NCBI GenBank assembly: GCA_020137815.1
Contig: CM035356.1
Span: 1,364,001-1,428,000, forward strand
Length of the DNA: 64,000 nt
Reading direction: 5' to 3'
Source: Hormiphora californensis
Taxonomy: Eukaryota > Animalia > Ctenophora
The notes under the pieces were generated by a model. The model did no database searches. It saw only the letters and a program-made list of their open reading frames with translations, and was not told where the DNA came from. Of the stretch, positions 13,649-26,300 are shown one piece after another (the stretch's first letter is position 1; each line of letters opens with the position of its first letter). The position numbers and the translations under genes are program-made.

Positions 13649-14648
13649 TCAGTCAACAAAATCGCACATGGAGATGGGAGGAGGGGCTGTGAAGTTTTTT
13701 CTGGTACCCCTCAGAGAAACCAGGGTACTTCTCAGCAGGCAGAACCTGATCCTGATCCTGATGAAGTTAATTGTCTCTGGATACTTGTCATGGTGTTTAC
13801 CAGAGATGCGAGTAGCCAGCTTTTTAATGAGTCTCTCAGCTTCTGGTCCGGCACCTCCTGAGGTGGACATAACAAACGGGGTGAATGCTCCTTTCTCTGC
13901 CTCTCTGATACGCTGTTGGTAATAGCGTTTCTTTCTGCTTTCGTGGAGTCTGTACAGAGCTCTGGGTTCTTTATCTCTGTAGCTCGGAGCTGTTGGGTGG
14001 AATACTGCCACGTCTATGTGGGCTCCCTGTAATCTTCTCCATAAGCTAATAGCATATCATCACTGCGAGCATCAGGTGCTGTATTGACACTCTTGGGGTA
14101 GTCACCTGGGTTAACCGGCTGTAACACTTTCTCGATTTCAACACCCTTGTATCCTGCATGGGTAATAATATCTGCAAGGGTATCTCTTATCTCGTTGTGT
14201 CGCAGAATGGTAAAGTCGGATTTTTTGAAACTGTCACCCCCCTTTTCACGCAAAATTTGTCATATCTCCGGTTCCTGATAAGATAGAGACTTATTTGGAA
14301 GAATTCGGAAGAACTTAGCATGATCTTCGTAACCTCCAAATTTAAAGTCTCTATCTTATCAGGAACCGGAGTTATGGTCATTTTAAGAAATTTGAAAACT
14401 CTAAAAAACGACAATTATTTAAAATCCGACTATATATCCTCCAGTGCTACAACTCAAGGTATGGTCTGCTCCGTTCTGTTTTCCACATACACATTCAGAG
14501 AACTGGCCGTTGATCTCAAAACCATATCTGAGGCACAAAGCGTCCGTGAACTCTGATTTGGACAGCTCTCTGTTGAATACTTCCAGGGGCCGGGCAGATA
14601 GCCAGGACGAGGCTCCCGTTTCCATGTTCAAAGAAAGTGTTCTCGCCC
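13649..14648 (-). pseudogene. CRE-clade non-LTR retrotransposon 3' fragment (zinc knuckle + restriction-like endonuclease)
   Basis: GASSWLSARPL..EFTDALCLRYG..CVCG..HTLSC..GGY/ILRHNEIRD..ARSD..FHPTAPSY..HESRKKRYY..FTPFVMSTSGG, the characteristic CRE C-terminus. Frameshifted and interrupted by a MITE. Confidence 0.85.
14214..14431. mobile_element. MITE inserted in the CRE fragment
   Basis: AGTCGGATTTT...AAAATCCGACT ends. Removing it restores GGY-TILRH. Related sequence at ~14740-14870. Confidence 0.7.
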
Positions 14649-16878
14649 ATTAATTTTATTTTGGCATACGTTGCAGGCCCCTTATAATATAATATAAGGG
14701 GCCTGGAGGGAATACCGCGCTGGGGGGGAATACATAAACAATCATATCTCCGGTTCCAGATAAGGTACAGAAATCGTTTTGGTAGCGTTGGAAAGAGGAA
14801 GATAACAGCTTTAAAATGCAACCGGTTTCAGGTCTCTATCTTATCAGGAACAGGAGATATGAACCAAACTCCGCAAAATCGAGTGCGGTAAAATAAAAAA
14901 ATTCGAGATTTTAATTCAAATTTGAAACAAAGTGTCCCTGCAGGGATCTGTGACGTCACTTTTTGAAAACAACCCATCTTTGAACGGTTATTGCTCAGCC
15001 TCCTGAAGTCCAATTTACTTCTCTCAAAAACAGCAAGGTAGATAATTGTCAGATCTAACAGCTAGTGAAAGAATCAAGTCAAACGGACTTCAGGGGCCAA
15101 AGTTATAAGCACCGCCGTTTTTTCGCTCGCAAAGTTATCTTCGACCCAGCCGGGCCCGTCCTGAGCTCAGGCCAAACGCGCGCGCGGCATTCCCTTCAGT
15201 CCCCTCGTTGCGGGGGTGCGCGCATGAGGGGGCTGCAGCGCATTCCAAAATTTTATTAGAACTCGAATCGGTTTCGCGTCCAAACTCGAAAGAAAAAAAT
15301 ATAGATCAAGAAAGAAAACTGAGTTTTGCAGCAAAACGCGCGCACCTGCAGCGCAAACATTATTATTGAGCGCGCGCGCACTTGGCGTGGATCTGCCATG
15401 GGGTGGCTGATTCACGCCAATGTTTTTTGTGAAACGTTGGCGGAGATCAGCCATGGCTGGTGGCTGATTCACGCCAAAAAAGTTTGTGTGTGTTTTTTTT
15501 CATTGAAATTTTTCTTCGTAATTTTTCTTTGATATTTTTTCATCGAGAAAAAAGTTGGCGTGAATCAGCCACCGTAGTGGTGTGCTCTTGATTTTGGTCT
15601 CTCTTGATTGTGGTGCGCTCTTGGAGGCTCTTGAACTTTATTATGGTTCCTATTGAAACCGGGTATGCATCTTTACGATGCTAAAGTCCGTTTCAAGCGA
15701 CTTGACCCGTAATTCTTGGAATTTGGCGCATTGCGCGTGTATTTACAAAGGGGAAATCCTGAATTTCCAGGAATCTCAGGTCAAGTCGTTTGAAACGCAC
15801 TTTAAACCACCCGCAAAATGGAACGCGTGAGCTGCTCCCGGCTAAAGCGCTGCCAAATTTAAGCCGCGCACAATTAATTTCGCCTCAGTAAAGTCCATTT
15901 TTATTCAACTGTTCACCCCTCAACTCGTGCGCGTGCGATATTTTAATTTACGCTGCGCGCGCTACACGTTAACATGTGATAAACGCGCAAAACAATTCCG
16001 CGCACGACTTTGGGGGGTGAACAGTTGAAAAAAATGGAGTATACAGCAAATGTTGAAAAAAGTTTTTTTTTTAAAAGGTGCCAAAGTTTGAAAAGCGCTG
16101 CCGGAAAACGTTAAAATCTGGGTGCCTTTCATTGCTAACAATTCATCGATTTTGGCGCGCGCGACGGGTTAGGGCTGTTGTTAGGGTCGGGTTAGGGTTT
16201 GGTTTGGGGTTATCGGTTAGGGCTATCGATTCTCTATCAGATACCGTTTAGTTTACTCAAATCGGCCATGTGGTTGCGCGGCTATAGCCGTTTGAAAAAA
16301 GTCGGTCTAAGTGGTTTTAGGTGTACTTTTTTGGCAGCGCGCACCTGTAAACTCGCTGCAAGGCACCCAGATTATAATCGCGCCCAGCGCTGCCTTATCG
16401 GGGGTAGTGGAAGCTCTTACGGTAATTCCCACGAGCGTGGGAAATTCTCACGCCGCGCGCATTTTTCCCACGCCGAAAGCATATACAGTGCTGACAAAAC
16501 AGCTGGGCTGCGCGTGGATTTCTCAAATTTATCGTTTCTTCGATTCAGTTTTTAGTTTTTACTCTTTAGACAAAGCTCCTTTGATTCGTTGTTTCCCTAC
16601 ATAAAAGACATTCAGATGGGGCTGCAGGCTGCAGCTGCTGATGCTCACCTCCAAACAGGTAACACAAGATAAAGAATTGCCCTTCTGTACTCTGTAGTAA
16701 TTGTAAATTGTGGTTGGAGCACCATTATTTTTGGTTTTTTCCATTTTTTCTTTTCTTTCTCCGTCTTTTTGGCCTGGGTGTCCGCGGACACCCGGACATC
16801 CACGAGTGCCGTCCCTGTGTCTCACGAGGGAGCACTAAGAATCTACAAAAATGTTAAGAAAAGATTCCTAACTGTGAA

Positions 16879-16922
16879 GAGTTTCAAACTTTTCAACACT
16901 ACTTTAAACAAATTAATTTGAG
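16879..16922 (+). other. Longest (44 nt) genomic spliced-leader copy
   Basis: GAGTTTCAAACTTTTCAACACTACTTTAAACAAATTAATTTGAG, ~57 nt upstream of the ORF1 ATG. Confidence 0.9.
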
Positions 16923-16978
16923 CAGGAAGATGAATCCGATGTAACAGCCCCAAAGGGCAGAAAAACGAAACGTTGATA

Positions 16979-17944
16979 ATGTCAGAAACGAAGTACGAGG
17001 GCGATAACCCTGCGATAAAACGATTGGAAGAGACAGTAAACGACTTTGTTTCTGAAGTTTACTGGTTGAACTCTGCTGATGATCCCAACACGACGAGTAT
17101 CACATCGGATCAGTTTATTCAATGTTATAAATCGATCCAAGCTGCACCCGACTCAATGTTAACCAACGACAGTGTAGCTTCCCCTTGCAATCACTGGGGT
17201 TCGTACTTCAGTCACTGTCTCAAGGACTTAACTGCGAATGAAATTATTGAGGCTACTTCGCGTATTTTTCTCTCCAGTATGAAACTTGCCAGAGCAACAA
17301 TGAACAATTTTGAAAATGTTATCAGCGCAGAAAAACTCAAGAAGCAACTACGTGAATGCAAAGAAGAACTTGATCGCCACCGTCTTAGCGTGATTGAGCT
17401 TCAGCAAACGGTTATTGAAGCCCAAAAGCAACAACTAAGTGCAGTGTCAACTTCGGTGCAGAAGGTGAAAGCCTACTCTTCTGTGCTTGCACAGAATTGT
17501 GCTGCAACCTCCCCTAAAGTGGTAAAACCACTAACGTCGCACCACCCTACTCCCGTCCAACAGCCCGGAAGAGAGAAGAACCTGATTGTGTTTGGTCTCC
17601 AAGAAACAACCGATAGAGTAGCTAAAACTACTTTAGACGAACTTTTTGAGGAACTGCAAGAGAAACCGAAAGTGACAACGATAAAACGCATCGGGGAAAG
17701 AAATGAGAAACGTCCTAGACCGCTCTTAGTATCCCTGGAGAGGAGAGCGACTCTCCTGGCGCTTCTCAAAAAAGCACGAAACCTCAAAGACTCCAAACAG
17801 TTTTCGGCTGTTTATCTATCTCCGGATCTAACGCCCTCTGAACTGAAGGAGCAAAAAGCTCTCAGGTCCACTTTGAAACGGATACGACTAGAAGATCCAG
17901 ACGGCTGCTATTTTATCCGTAACAATGTTATCCAAGTGGGATAG
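16979..17944 (+). CDS. LINE ORF1p-like protein (coiled coil + RRM + CTD), intact, with no ORF2 (HAL1-like)
   Basis: Coiled coil followed by REKNLIVFGLQE..RIG..RPRPLLVSL..KARNLK..VYLSPDLTPSE..FIRNNVI. No endonuclease/RT follows. Possible TSD AACTGTG at 16870-76 and 18042-48. Confidence 0.8.
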   Translation: MSETKYEGDNPAIKRLEETVNDFVSEVYWLNSADDPNTTSITSDQFIQCYKSIQAAPDSMLTNDSVASPCNHWGSYFSHCLKDLTANEIIEATSRIFLSSMKLARATMNNFENVISAEKLKKQLRECKEELDRHRLSVIELQQTVIEAQKQQLSAVSTSVQKVKAYSSVLAQNCAATSPKVVKPLTSHHPTPVQQPGREKNLIVFGLQETTDRVAKTTLDELFEELQEKPKVTTIKRIGERNEKRPRPLLVSLERRATLLALLKKARNLKDSKQFSAVYLSPDLTPSELKEQKALRSTLKRIRLEDPDGCYFIRNNVIQVG

Positions 17945-18286
17945 TTCCCGACTAATTCACCGTTATCAGAGAACCGTGCTAGGAGCAGGCAGTCTGCTGC
18001 AGTCCCTTTCAAATGAAGGAAAACGAGTTGTCTGTAATTAAAACTGTGTCAGTGCGGGATATAAACTGTCATTTTTATTATTATTATTTATTATAAGATA
18101 CGGCCCTACAGAGAGACTAGATCGAATGGTACGGTACCATTGGTACTATGTAACCTGATCACACACTAGATTATAGAATAGGTAGGTGCCCCGTTGGGGT
18201 TTTCCACTGGGCACCTATGACCTACATATTCTATCATCTAGTCAAGTCTATCATCTAGTCAAGTCACAAGAGGGAGATTGGCAATA

Positions 18287-18367
18287 CAGTCGGACCCCGA
18301 TTTAGTGGCCCCCGATTTAGTGGCAGGATTTTTTCCCCGAGGATGCCACTAAATCGGGGTCCGACTG
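18287..18367. mobile_element. Tc1/mariner-type mini-MITE (CAGTCGGACCCCGAT family)
   Basis: TA TSD and TIRs. Other family members at 12205-12287, ~31984-32013 and 42808-42979. Confidence 0.8.
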
Positions 18368-18492
18368 TATGTCTATGAAAAAGTTATTAACAGCTAGGCA
18401 CAATATTAACTCTCCCTATCATCCTCTAGGTTGAAGATCGTTTAGTAAAACCACTGTGTATCTACCCGACACCACGACCATCTCTGTACAAT

Positions 18493-19756
18493 ATGATGGA
18501 CAGATATTTGGATCGGCCCTTTGTGGTAGAGTTTGTGAGAGAAAATAATTCCAGGCTTGGTATGACGCTCTGTCTAAATGAACAGGAACATCTTGCTGTC
18601 AAGAATATCGTGTCAACAGGTTAGTGCACGCTGTATATAGTTTAGAGGGGGATTTTGGAACATAGAGTGCAAGTGTGAGCACTTGAACAAAGTATCAAAT
18701 TCACTTCCATTTCCCTATATGAATGTCAGCGGGTGAAAATTTGTCTGATATACCCCGCCCGCTATTAAAAGCAAGGATGTTTTTGCCGCTAAAACTTATA
18801 ATCAATAAATCCTTGCTTATATAAAGTATAAACCCCTCCCTTTGGTAGGGTTTTATACCATATACCACCCTCCCTGCTTCGCAGGTCGGGCAGTATATGG
18901 TGCAGCGAATCACCCTAGCGGGTGACCCGCTACATATAAACCCAGGTTTATTGATTACATATCCATCACCAGGTCCTGATCCTCTCTTCACCAGATCTAG
19001 TCTTGACTGACCTCACCTCTTCCCCCAGGTCTAATATACCAAGATGGCCGTCTCCGGTCGGGTGACGTTGTCCCTGCAATCAACGATGTCCCCGTTAGTG
19101 GCCTATCATTCGAACAGGCAGCCTACTACGACAATGCAAGAATAGGGTCCGACTAACTGTAATGAATGCCAATCTTGTCCAGTGCCCCCATCCGATGCAG
19201 AGCTGGAGATGCTCTTTAATATCGGGGATGGAGATAGCAGTGCACTTACCACTCATGAGTAAGTGTCAGATCACACGTTGCTACTTGCTATAATCTCTTA
19301 CCAGTTCCAGTATCGATCAAATCACACCCCCTGCCTTGCCTTGTTCGACCTTGTTGCACTGTAGGCTAAGTTACACTATAGTAGCTGAAAAGTTACTCCG
19401 CCGTGAGTAGGGAGGGAGAATTGTTAGAGATAGAGATAGAGATGGAGATAGAGATGGAGATAGAGATAGAGATAGAGATAGAGATGGAGATGGAGATGGA
19501 GATGGAGATGGAGATGGAGATGGAGATGGAGATGGAGATGGAGATGGAGAGATGGAGATGGGGAGATGGAGAGATGGAGAGATGGAGAGATGGAGAGATG
19601 GAGAGATGGAGAGATGGAGAGATGGAGAGATGGAGAGATGGAGAGATGGAGAGATGGAGAGATGGAGAGATGGAGAGATGGAGAGATGGAGAGATGGAGA
19701 GATGGAGAGATGGAGAGATGGAGAGATGGAGAGATGGAGAGATGGAGAGATGGAGA

Positions 19757-19802
<46 letters not shown>

Positions 19803-20368
19803 ATTTCATAGTCTTTCTTTTGAATGGGATTCTTGTTGTGTGTGTTTACACATTTTTAGGAGGGTCAGAACTCAGAACATAACAACCTGCTCACACTCCC
19901 CTGATACCGAGTGCAGATCTCTCTAAACCCTGTTCATCCTCTAGGTTTGACGATCAGTAAAACTCTACACTACGAACAAATAGTGACGGTGACAATAGTT
20001 CGGCAGGCTCTTGGCATCACCATTCTGCATTCTGATTCAGGGAGGTAGCGACACACTCCAGGGCTGTATCAGGGTGTTGAGTAGTCCTGCAGTGCCGACT
20101 GAGATTATACCTAAGGATACACTGCTCAGTGTAGCTGGTGAGTACTGAACCTGATTGTCTTGTTCCACCCTGCTTCACCACGCCGCGAACAAATGTAACA
20201 TAAGAACATTGTCGAGGGGAATTCAGGAGAGGGAATAAGAGGGAATTTTTACACAATCATACATACCTAGATATGTAATAACAGCTCTCCTTGCAGGTCC
20301 TGACTAACTGTACCCACGACCGAGCACTAGAGATAATGAGAGAGGCTCCCATTCAAACCACATTTTAG
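18493..20368 (+). pseudogene. Multi-PDZ-domain gene with frameshifts (pseudogene or assembly indels)
   Basis: RLGMTL..LAVKNIVSTG / LIYQDGRLRSGDVV..INDVPVSGLSFEQAA, frameshift, then LRQCKNRVRLTV. Second PDZ: IQGGSDT..KDTLLSVAG / VLTNCTHDRALEIMREAP. Confidence 0.65.
19427..19801. repeat. Compound microsatellite (GAGATR)n-(GGAGAGAT)n-(GA)n
   Basis: Direct read. Confidence 0.97.
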
Positions 20369-21565
20369 TTGCCCCGCCACTTCGGATCCCGGCCAGATGA
20401 GAGGTACAAAATTATTGATTCTTGTCATTTCTGATAGAGGCCCACCCCATGTGACACATTAAGATAAGGAATGAAGCGGAGAAGACTGAAATCATCCCTT
20501 CTCAGAAGAGATGATTTGTGTCTCTTTCTCAGCTAGACGGTTGTCTTTTTGAATAGTCGATAAACCAAATTATAAAAGGAGCATGGTACTGGACGCTCTT
20601 TTAACTAACATTCCCTCCCCCTCCCAGGATTATGCCGAGTACTGGTTACAACACCCTCTCTAGACGATTAATATCATCCCATCTACAAGATATGTGTATC
20701 TAAAATCGATGCCTTGAATCAGCCGTTAGACCCGTTTCCCATAATAATATAACGGAATTCGACTAACTACGGTACGGACATCGGACACGTCTACTAAAGT
20801 TAGACACGGAGCTGTCACTGTCCGCATTCCCTACAAGATGCTGCTGTAAATTGAGATTTATAGGACTATAATTATCGTTAGATTAGGATATCAGATCACG
20901 AACTCTTTTTACCATGTTCTAGGGTTTGAACAAAACTCTTTGAGAATATTATATACATACATATATTGTGATCGATAAGTAGTGTCCAGAAAGTTAACAA
21001 TTGTTTGTGATCTGTCTTCTTAGAACTTTGCGTTCAATTTGTTATAAATCCATCTAATCAAAGAATATTTATTTTGTACCCAATATATCGATTAGGAATG
21101 TTTCGGCGGAGGGTGAAACTTTCATACTTTATCGTTGTAATTAGACGACGCTGGGGCTGGTTACAGCCATGACAGCACTCTTGGACTGGTTTCCCTTCCA
21201 CCGAACTGTTCCTCATTGATGTTCCAACGTCAATGATGCAATCCATTGATGCAATGTGGCATGTGTGTGCAGTGTGATTGTAACGAAATTCTCAGTGACG
21301 TGCTGCTGCTGCAGTGCTCCGATGCTCGCGGCGCTACCCAAATTGGCCCAATGTTGTTAACAACTGCATCCTCAACATTTTAGTAGACGTCACGCGCGAT
21401 AATTTTTTGCGCGTCGAAAGCAAAGCGTGGGAAAAGAGGGCGCGGCGTGGGAAATGTTCCCACGGTGCGTGGGAATTACCGTAAGAGCTTCCACTAGGGC
21501 CAGCAACGTTTGCCAATGCCAAAGTTAACGTTAAAAGTTAAAACTTGAAAAGCGCTGCCCTATAA

Positions 21566-21945
21566 GGAACCATAATAAAGTTCAAGAGCGCACCCCATCC
21601 AAGAGCGCACCACCTCCAAAAGACACCACTTCAAGAGCGCACCACATCAAAGAGAGCTCCCCATCCAGAAGATACCGCGCGCAGGGGACACCACGCGCAG
21701 AAGAGACCGCACGCGCAAATACAACGCCGCGCTGGTCTCTTCTGCGCGTGGTGTCCCCTGCGCGTGGTATCTTCTGGATGGGGAGCTCTCTTTGATGTGG
21801 TGCGCTCTTGAAGTGGTGTCTTCTGGAGGTGGTGCGCTCTTGGATGTGGTCTCTTTTGGGTGTGGTACGCTCTCAGGTGTGGTCTCTCTTCGATCGGGTG
21901 TGCTCTTGGGTGCTCTTGGAGGCTCTTGAACTTTATTATGGTTCC
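21566..21945. mobile_element. Intact MITE of the GGAACCATAATAAAG family
   Basis: TIRs at both ends and a palindromic core at ~21640-21820. Confidence 0.85.
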
Positions 21946-22685
21946 TTATCGGGGGCCAGCAGCGTTTACCAACGTTAAAACTTTAAATCTGGGTATTTTG
22001 TCTTGAGTGCTGTCAGCTGTGTCAGGCTGACTGTCAGCACTCACGGTTTCAGGGTTAGGGCTAAATTAGGGTAAGGGTTTGGGCCGTGGTTGAGATTGGG
22101 GTTAGGGCTTGCGATTTCACATCAGAAGCTTTTTCAAATGATAAATTTCTCCTTCGAATGGCCTGGGCCAATACAAGTCTGTGATCCCAAGCGACTCGAA
22201 GTAGGCTCCACCGCTTTAGAGACCCGTTAGTTTACCTGTATGGGTTTAAGCATTTGTAATTACTACTCTACAAAGTCGAACAACAAATATTTTATGATTA
22301 ATTTTCGTGGGCATTGATTTTTGCGGTTTAATCAAAATGGATTATTTTCGCATAATTAATTTCCGCGGATCCCACTATCCCCATTTCAAGATTGCACAGT
22401 AATCATCGCCATGAGACACCTAACCTGCTTTATGCTGCATGCTGATGGAGTCCTAAGAATTCCGATCATGGACCAATTATTGTCACGAAATTAATGTTAG
22501 CGGGTTTCTCAGTCCAGGAAATATCGCGAAAATTAATTCCCCGCGAAAATTAATTCCCTGCGAAAATTATTTCCTTTACAGTACATACATGATTGTATAT
22601 TTTACAAATAAGTTCTTACCCCTTGCCAAGTTAGACTGTTATAAAAGAGTTTGAACAAAACAATTTACCCCAATGTGCAGCAGTG

Positions 22686-23119
22686 ATGTCAGTTCTTGAT
22701 GAAGTTTTAAAAGTAAAAAGAGTCCTTGAGGACCTTAACGACAGAATAGAAAAAACAACCGAACAAGTAGAGAACAAGGAAGCTTTTTCAGAACCTCTGG
22801 AAACCTCTATTGCTACTGAGAAGATATCAAAATGTACGGATATGATTATTCAATATAGTTAGTGTTAGTTAACTGCTATGCTCTCAGTTTCTTTCAGTGG
22901 CAGCATCTGTAAAACTCTGCTGTCCCTGTAGAATATGGGCAGGATATAAGTATGAGTATTATTATTATCATATGATTAATGACACACCAAATTCCATGAG
23001 ACTAATTACGTCACGTTCTAGGTGTAGAAGAGATCCAGAGTCTGATGGTAGAAGATGCATCACTCCAAGTGGAAATTGAGCGGTTACAGGGGGAACTGTT
23101 ACGAGAATTAGAGAGTTGA
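22686..23119 (+). CDS. Possible small coiled-coil protein (exon phases not fully resolved)
   Basis: MSVLDEVLKVKRVLEDLNDRIEK... and VEEIQSLMVEDASLQVEIERLQGELLRELES* flanked by splice signals. The middle exon's frame is ambiguous. Confidence 0.35.
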
Positions 23120-23318
23120 TAAATTTTTACCAGTTTTAATATGCATTGTATATTTCAGTATGTAGTTGAAATTAAAAAAATTTATTCAAACTCCTCATTT
23201 CATTTTTTTTGAGCATCTCCCCGCACGATCAACCTGTTTTAACATCACTATACTGTTTGCTAGGAAACTATGAATTAGGGGACGATTGGGGAAGGTAACA
23301 CCGCCCATAACCTCCGCC

Positions 23319-26300
23319 ATGGCCGACCAACAACACCATCAAAATCAACAACAACTGCTACAACAACAACAACTGCAACAACAACAACAACTGCTACAAC
23401 AACAACAACAACAACAACAACTGCAACAACAACAACTACAACAACAGCAGCAGCAGAGGGCGAAATTCAACTTTAAAAGCAGGAACGTTGCTAAGAACAT
23501 TACAACAGACTACCTATCCTCCCAGTTGGAATCTTTTGGTAGCACCTCTAAGTTGGCCTCTCTACCTAAACCTGCTCCCCAGCAACAGCAACCGGGTCAG
23601 ATTGGGTTCCAAGGAATGATGATGCCCCAGCCTGGTGGGTTCGGGATGAATGCAAACATGCAAATGGGACAAGGGTATGGAGGTTTTGGGCAACAAGGTT
23701 TCCCTCAAATGCAGTCTGGATTTGGCCAGGCACAGGGCGGTTTTGGCCAGGCTCAGAGTGGATTTGGACAGGCTCAAGGCGGTTTTGGGCAACCACAGGG
23801 CGGTTTTGGCCAGGCTCAGAGTGGATTTGGGCAGGCTCAAGGCGGTTTTAGCCAGACTCCGGGCAGTTTTGGGCAGGCTCAAGGCGGTTTTGGGCAGTCT
23901 TCTGGATTTGGTGGTCAACAAGCTTTCAGTCAGCCTGGATTCGGTCAACCTACCACCAATCAATCTCAGACATCTGGGTTTAGTCGACGACAATCGCAGC
24001 CAGGGTTCAATCAGCCCAATTTAGGTCAACAACAACCTCTGTCAGGTTTCAGTCAGGCACCTTTCACCCCATCGTCATCATCAACAGGATTTGGAGGTCA
24101 ATCAGGAATGTTTTCTGCTACCCCTTCCTCTGGAAACTCAACTCCTCAACCTAGCACTGTCGGGCTTTCTTTTGGGTTCAACTCTCTTTCCATGCAGGAA
24201 AGTAACAAGCCTGCCCCTGCAGCTAGTGATCAGTTTTCACACTTGGATACTTTATTTAGGAGTAAACCTACAACACCAGCTGCACCTGCGGATCCTTTCC
24301 TGAACCTCCGACCAAACGATGGGCTTGGTGGTGGTGATTTCAATCCCTTTCCTGATGCCAAGCCTGCAGCTGCTCCATCAGCTACTACATCAGCTGCTGT
24401 ACCCTCTGCTGATCCGTTTCAAGGCGGGGCATTTGGATCTGCTGCTAGTGATCCCTTTGGAACTGGTACATTCTCTGGAACTGCTGCTGAAACACAGCAG
24501 GACCTATTTGCTCAGGTTCCCACTAAAAGTAAAGAGGTTGACTTGTTCGCTGCTCCTCCTCCTCCTGCTGCTGCTGCCCCTAAAACGGAGCAAGTTAGCC
24601 TCCTGCCCAAACCACCAACCAAGAAGACAGTTCGCAGCGTCAATCGTTAAACCCCGACCCACAGCTGGTCACAAAGGTATTCCACCTCCATCAGGGGCTA
24701 AACCACCACAGCCACCTCGGCCAGCCGCTAGCAACCAACCCCAGCCACCGCGACCAGCTGCCAGCCAACCATCACAAGCCCCGAGTTTACCGGCTCGACC
24801 TACTCCACCTCCATCACTGCCAGCTAGACCCACACCGCCTCCATCGCTTCCCGCCCGGCCTACTCCCCCGCCCCCGAGTTTACCAGCCCGACCTACTCCA
24901 CCTCCTGCCAGCCAGCCCACTCGACCAACTCCACCTCTTGCCAGCCAGCCCACTCGACCAACTCCACCTCCTGCCAGCCAGCCCACTCGACCAACTCCAC
25001 CTCTTCCCACCACGACTCTGGCGGATAAGTACAGTGTGATAAGCGAGTTCAGTAACATGGAGGATAAAGGAAGTATATTCGGTGAGCAATCCAGTGAGCA
25101 ATTTGGGGTATTTGGAGCACAAAACAGCAGTAATGCCTTCACAACTGTAGACCCAACACAGAAAGATGTGTTTGGGATGAGCAAGTCTACCGACTTGTTT
25201 TCTCCTCCTCAGCCTGATTTGTTTGCAGCACAACAAACTTCCCAACCAACTCAGGATCTATTCGCTAAACAGCAGCCTGACATGTTTACAAGCCAATCAT
25301 CTAAACCAGACCTGTTTGCCCAAACAACTGCTCCGTCACCCAAACTGGACCTATTCGCAAGCCTCCCATCCACAAATGCAGGGCCATCGTCTGATCCTTA
25401 TAGTGCGTTTGCTGCTTTAGAACCTCCCAAAGAGGAGAACGTGTTTGGAAATCAGGGTGGTGGTGATATTTTCTCTGCAGGAGGCAATGTGTTTGCTGCA
25501 CCAGAACCAGTACAGAGCACCATTTCCCAGCCCACACAGCCGAACCAGGGTGACCTATTCGCAGCACAACCACCTGTCCAACAGCCCGGAGATTTTTCCA
25601 ATTTTGACAGCATGTTTACATCTCAAGATCTATTTGCAGCGGACAATAAACCCAATCTGCCTCCTCCCTCGACTACAGGAGGAGATCTGTTCGGAGGGGC
25701 CAAAATAGAGCCCTCAAATCCGTTCTTCACCTCCCGGGAATCACCCAACCCGTTCACCACAACAGAAGACCCATTTGGTGCAGCTGCAGGTAGTGATCCG
25801 TTCGGAGAGGGAGCATTTAGTGGGGACCCATTTGTACCCAGTAACAGGGCAGCCAGTGGAAGTTCATCCAGTGATCCTTTCAAGCTGACAGAGGATCCTT
25901 TCTCGGGAATCAAACGAGAACGACCCCGTGGGGTGAGTTACATCTAATTAGTAAATCTTACTAAAATAACTAGTTAGTTTTTGGAATGTTTAGATTTCGT
26001 GGGTGATTATTGAACTAATTGTTTCAGATACCAACAAGTAAACCGGCAGTCCCATCCAAACCTAAAACACTGGGTGGAGCCCCTACAGTTCCCAGGAAAC
26101 CAACTGTACCCTCTAAACCGGTGTTGCCTCCAAAACCAGGAACTGTTGAGGTAGATGGCGCGGGGAGACCTACAACTCGGGTTAGTAATACTGGGGAAAC
26201 ATGTTGGGAATTAGTTGTTAAATGTTACCCCCCCCCCCCCAATTTCTACTTTCCCTTTCTAACCCCTTCAGGATATAATGACGTCACGACATAAAAAGAA

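Larger units (their letters stand above)
7901..15576. mobile_element. 7.7-kb DNA transposon, TAC...GTA termini, ~210-bp TIRs, 6-bp TSD (IS3EU-like); no intact transposase
   Basis: TACGGTGGCTGATTCACGCC at 7901 and its reverse complement ending 15576. GTGGTG is duplicated at 7895-7900 and 15577-15582. TAY..RTA ends with a 6-bp TSD match the IS3EU description as I recall it. Confidence 0.75.
7591..15650. mobile_element. MITE (TIR GGAACCATAATAAAGTTCAAGAGC, internal CAAGAG-rich short repeats) split by the 7.7-kb insertion
   Basis: Left TIR at 7591, right TIR ending 15650. The sequence resumes across the insertion. An intact family member lies at 21566-21945. Confidence 0.85.

Noticed and set aside
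13649-14648. CRE element as an SL-targeting retrotransposon explaining the SL copies
   Set aside because: Trypanosome CRE/SLACS elements target SL genes, but this fragment is not adjacent to any SL sequence here.
19393-19926. ORFs with MERWRDGE / SLHLSISP repeats
   Set aside because: Translations of microsatellite.
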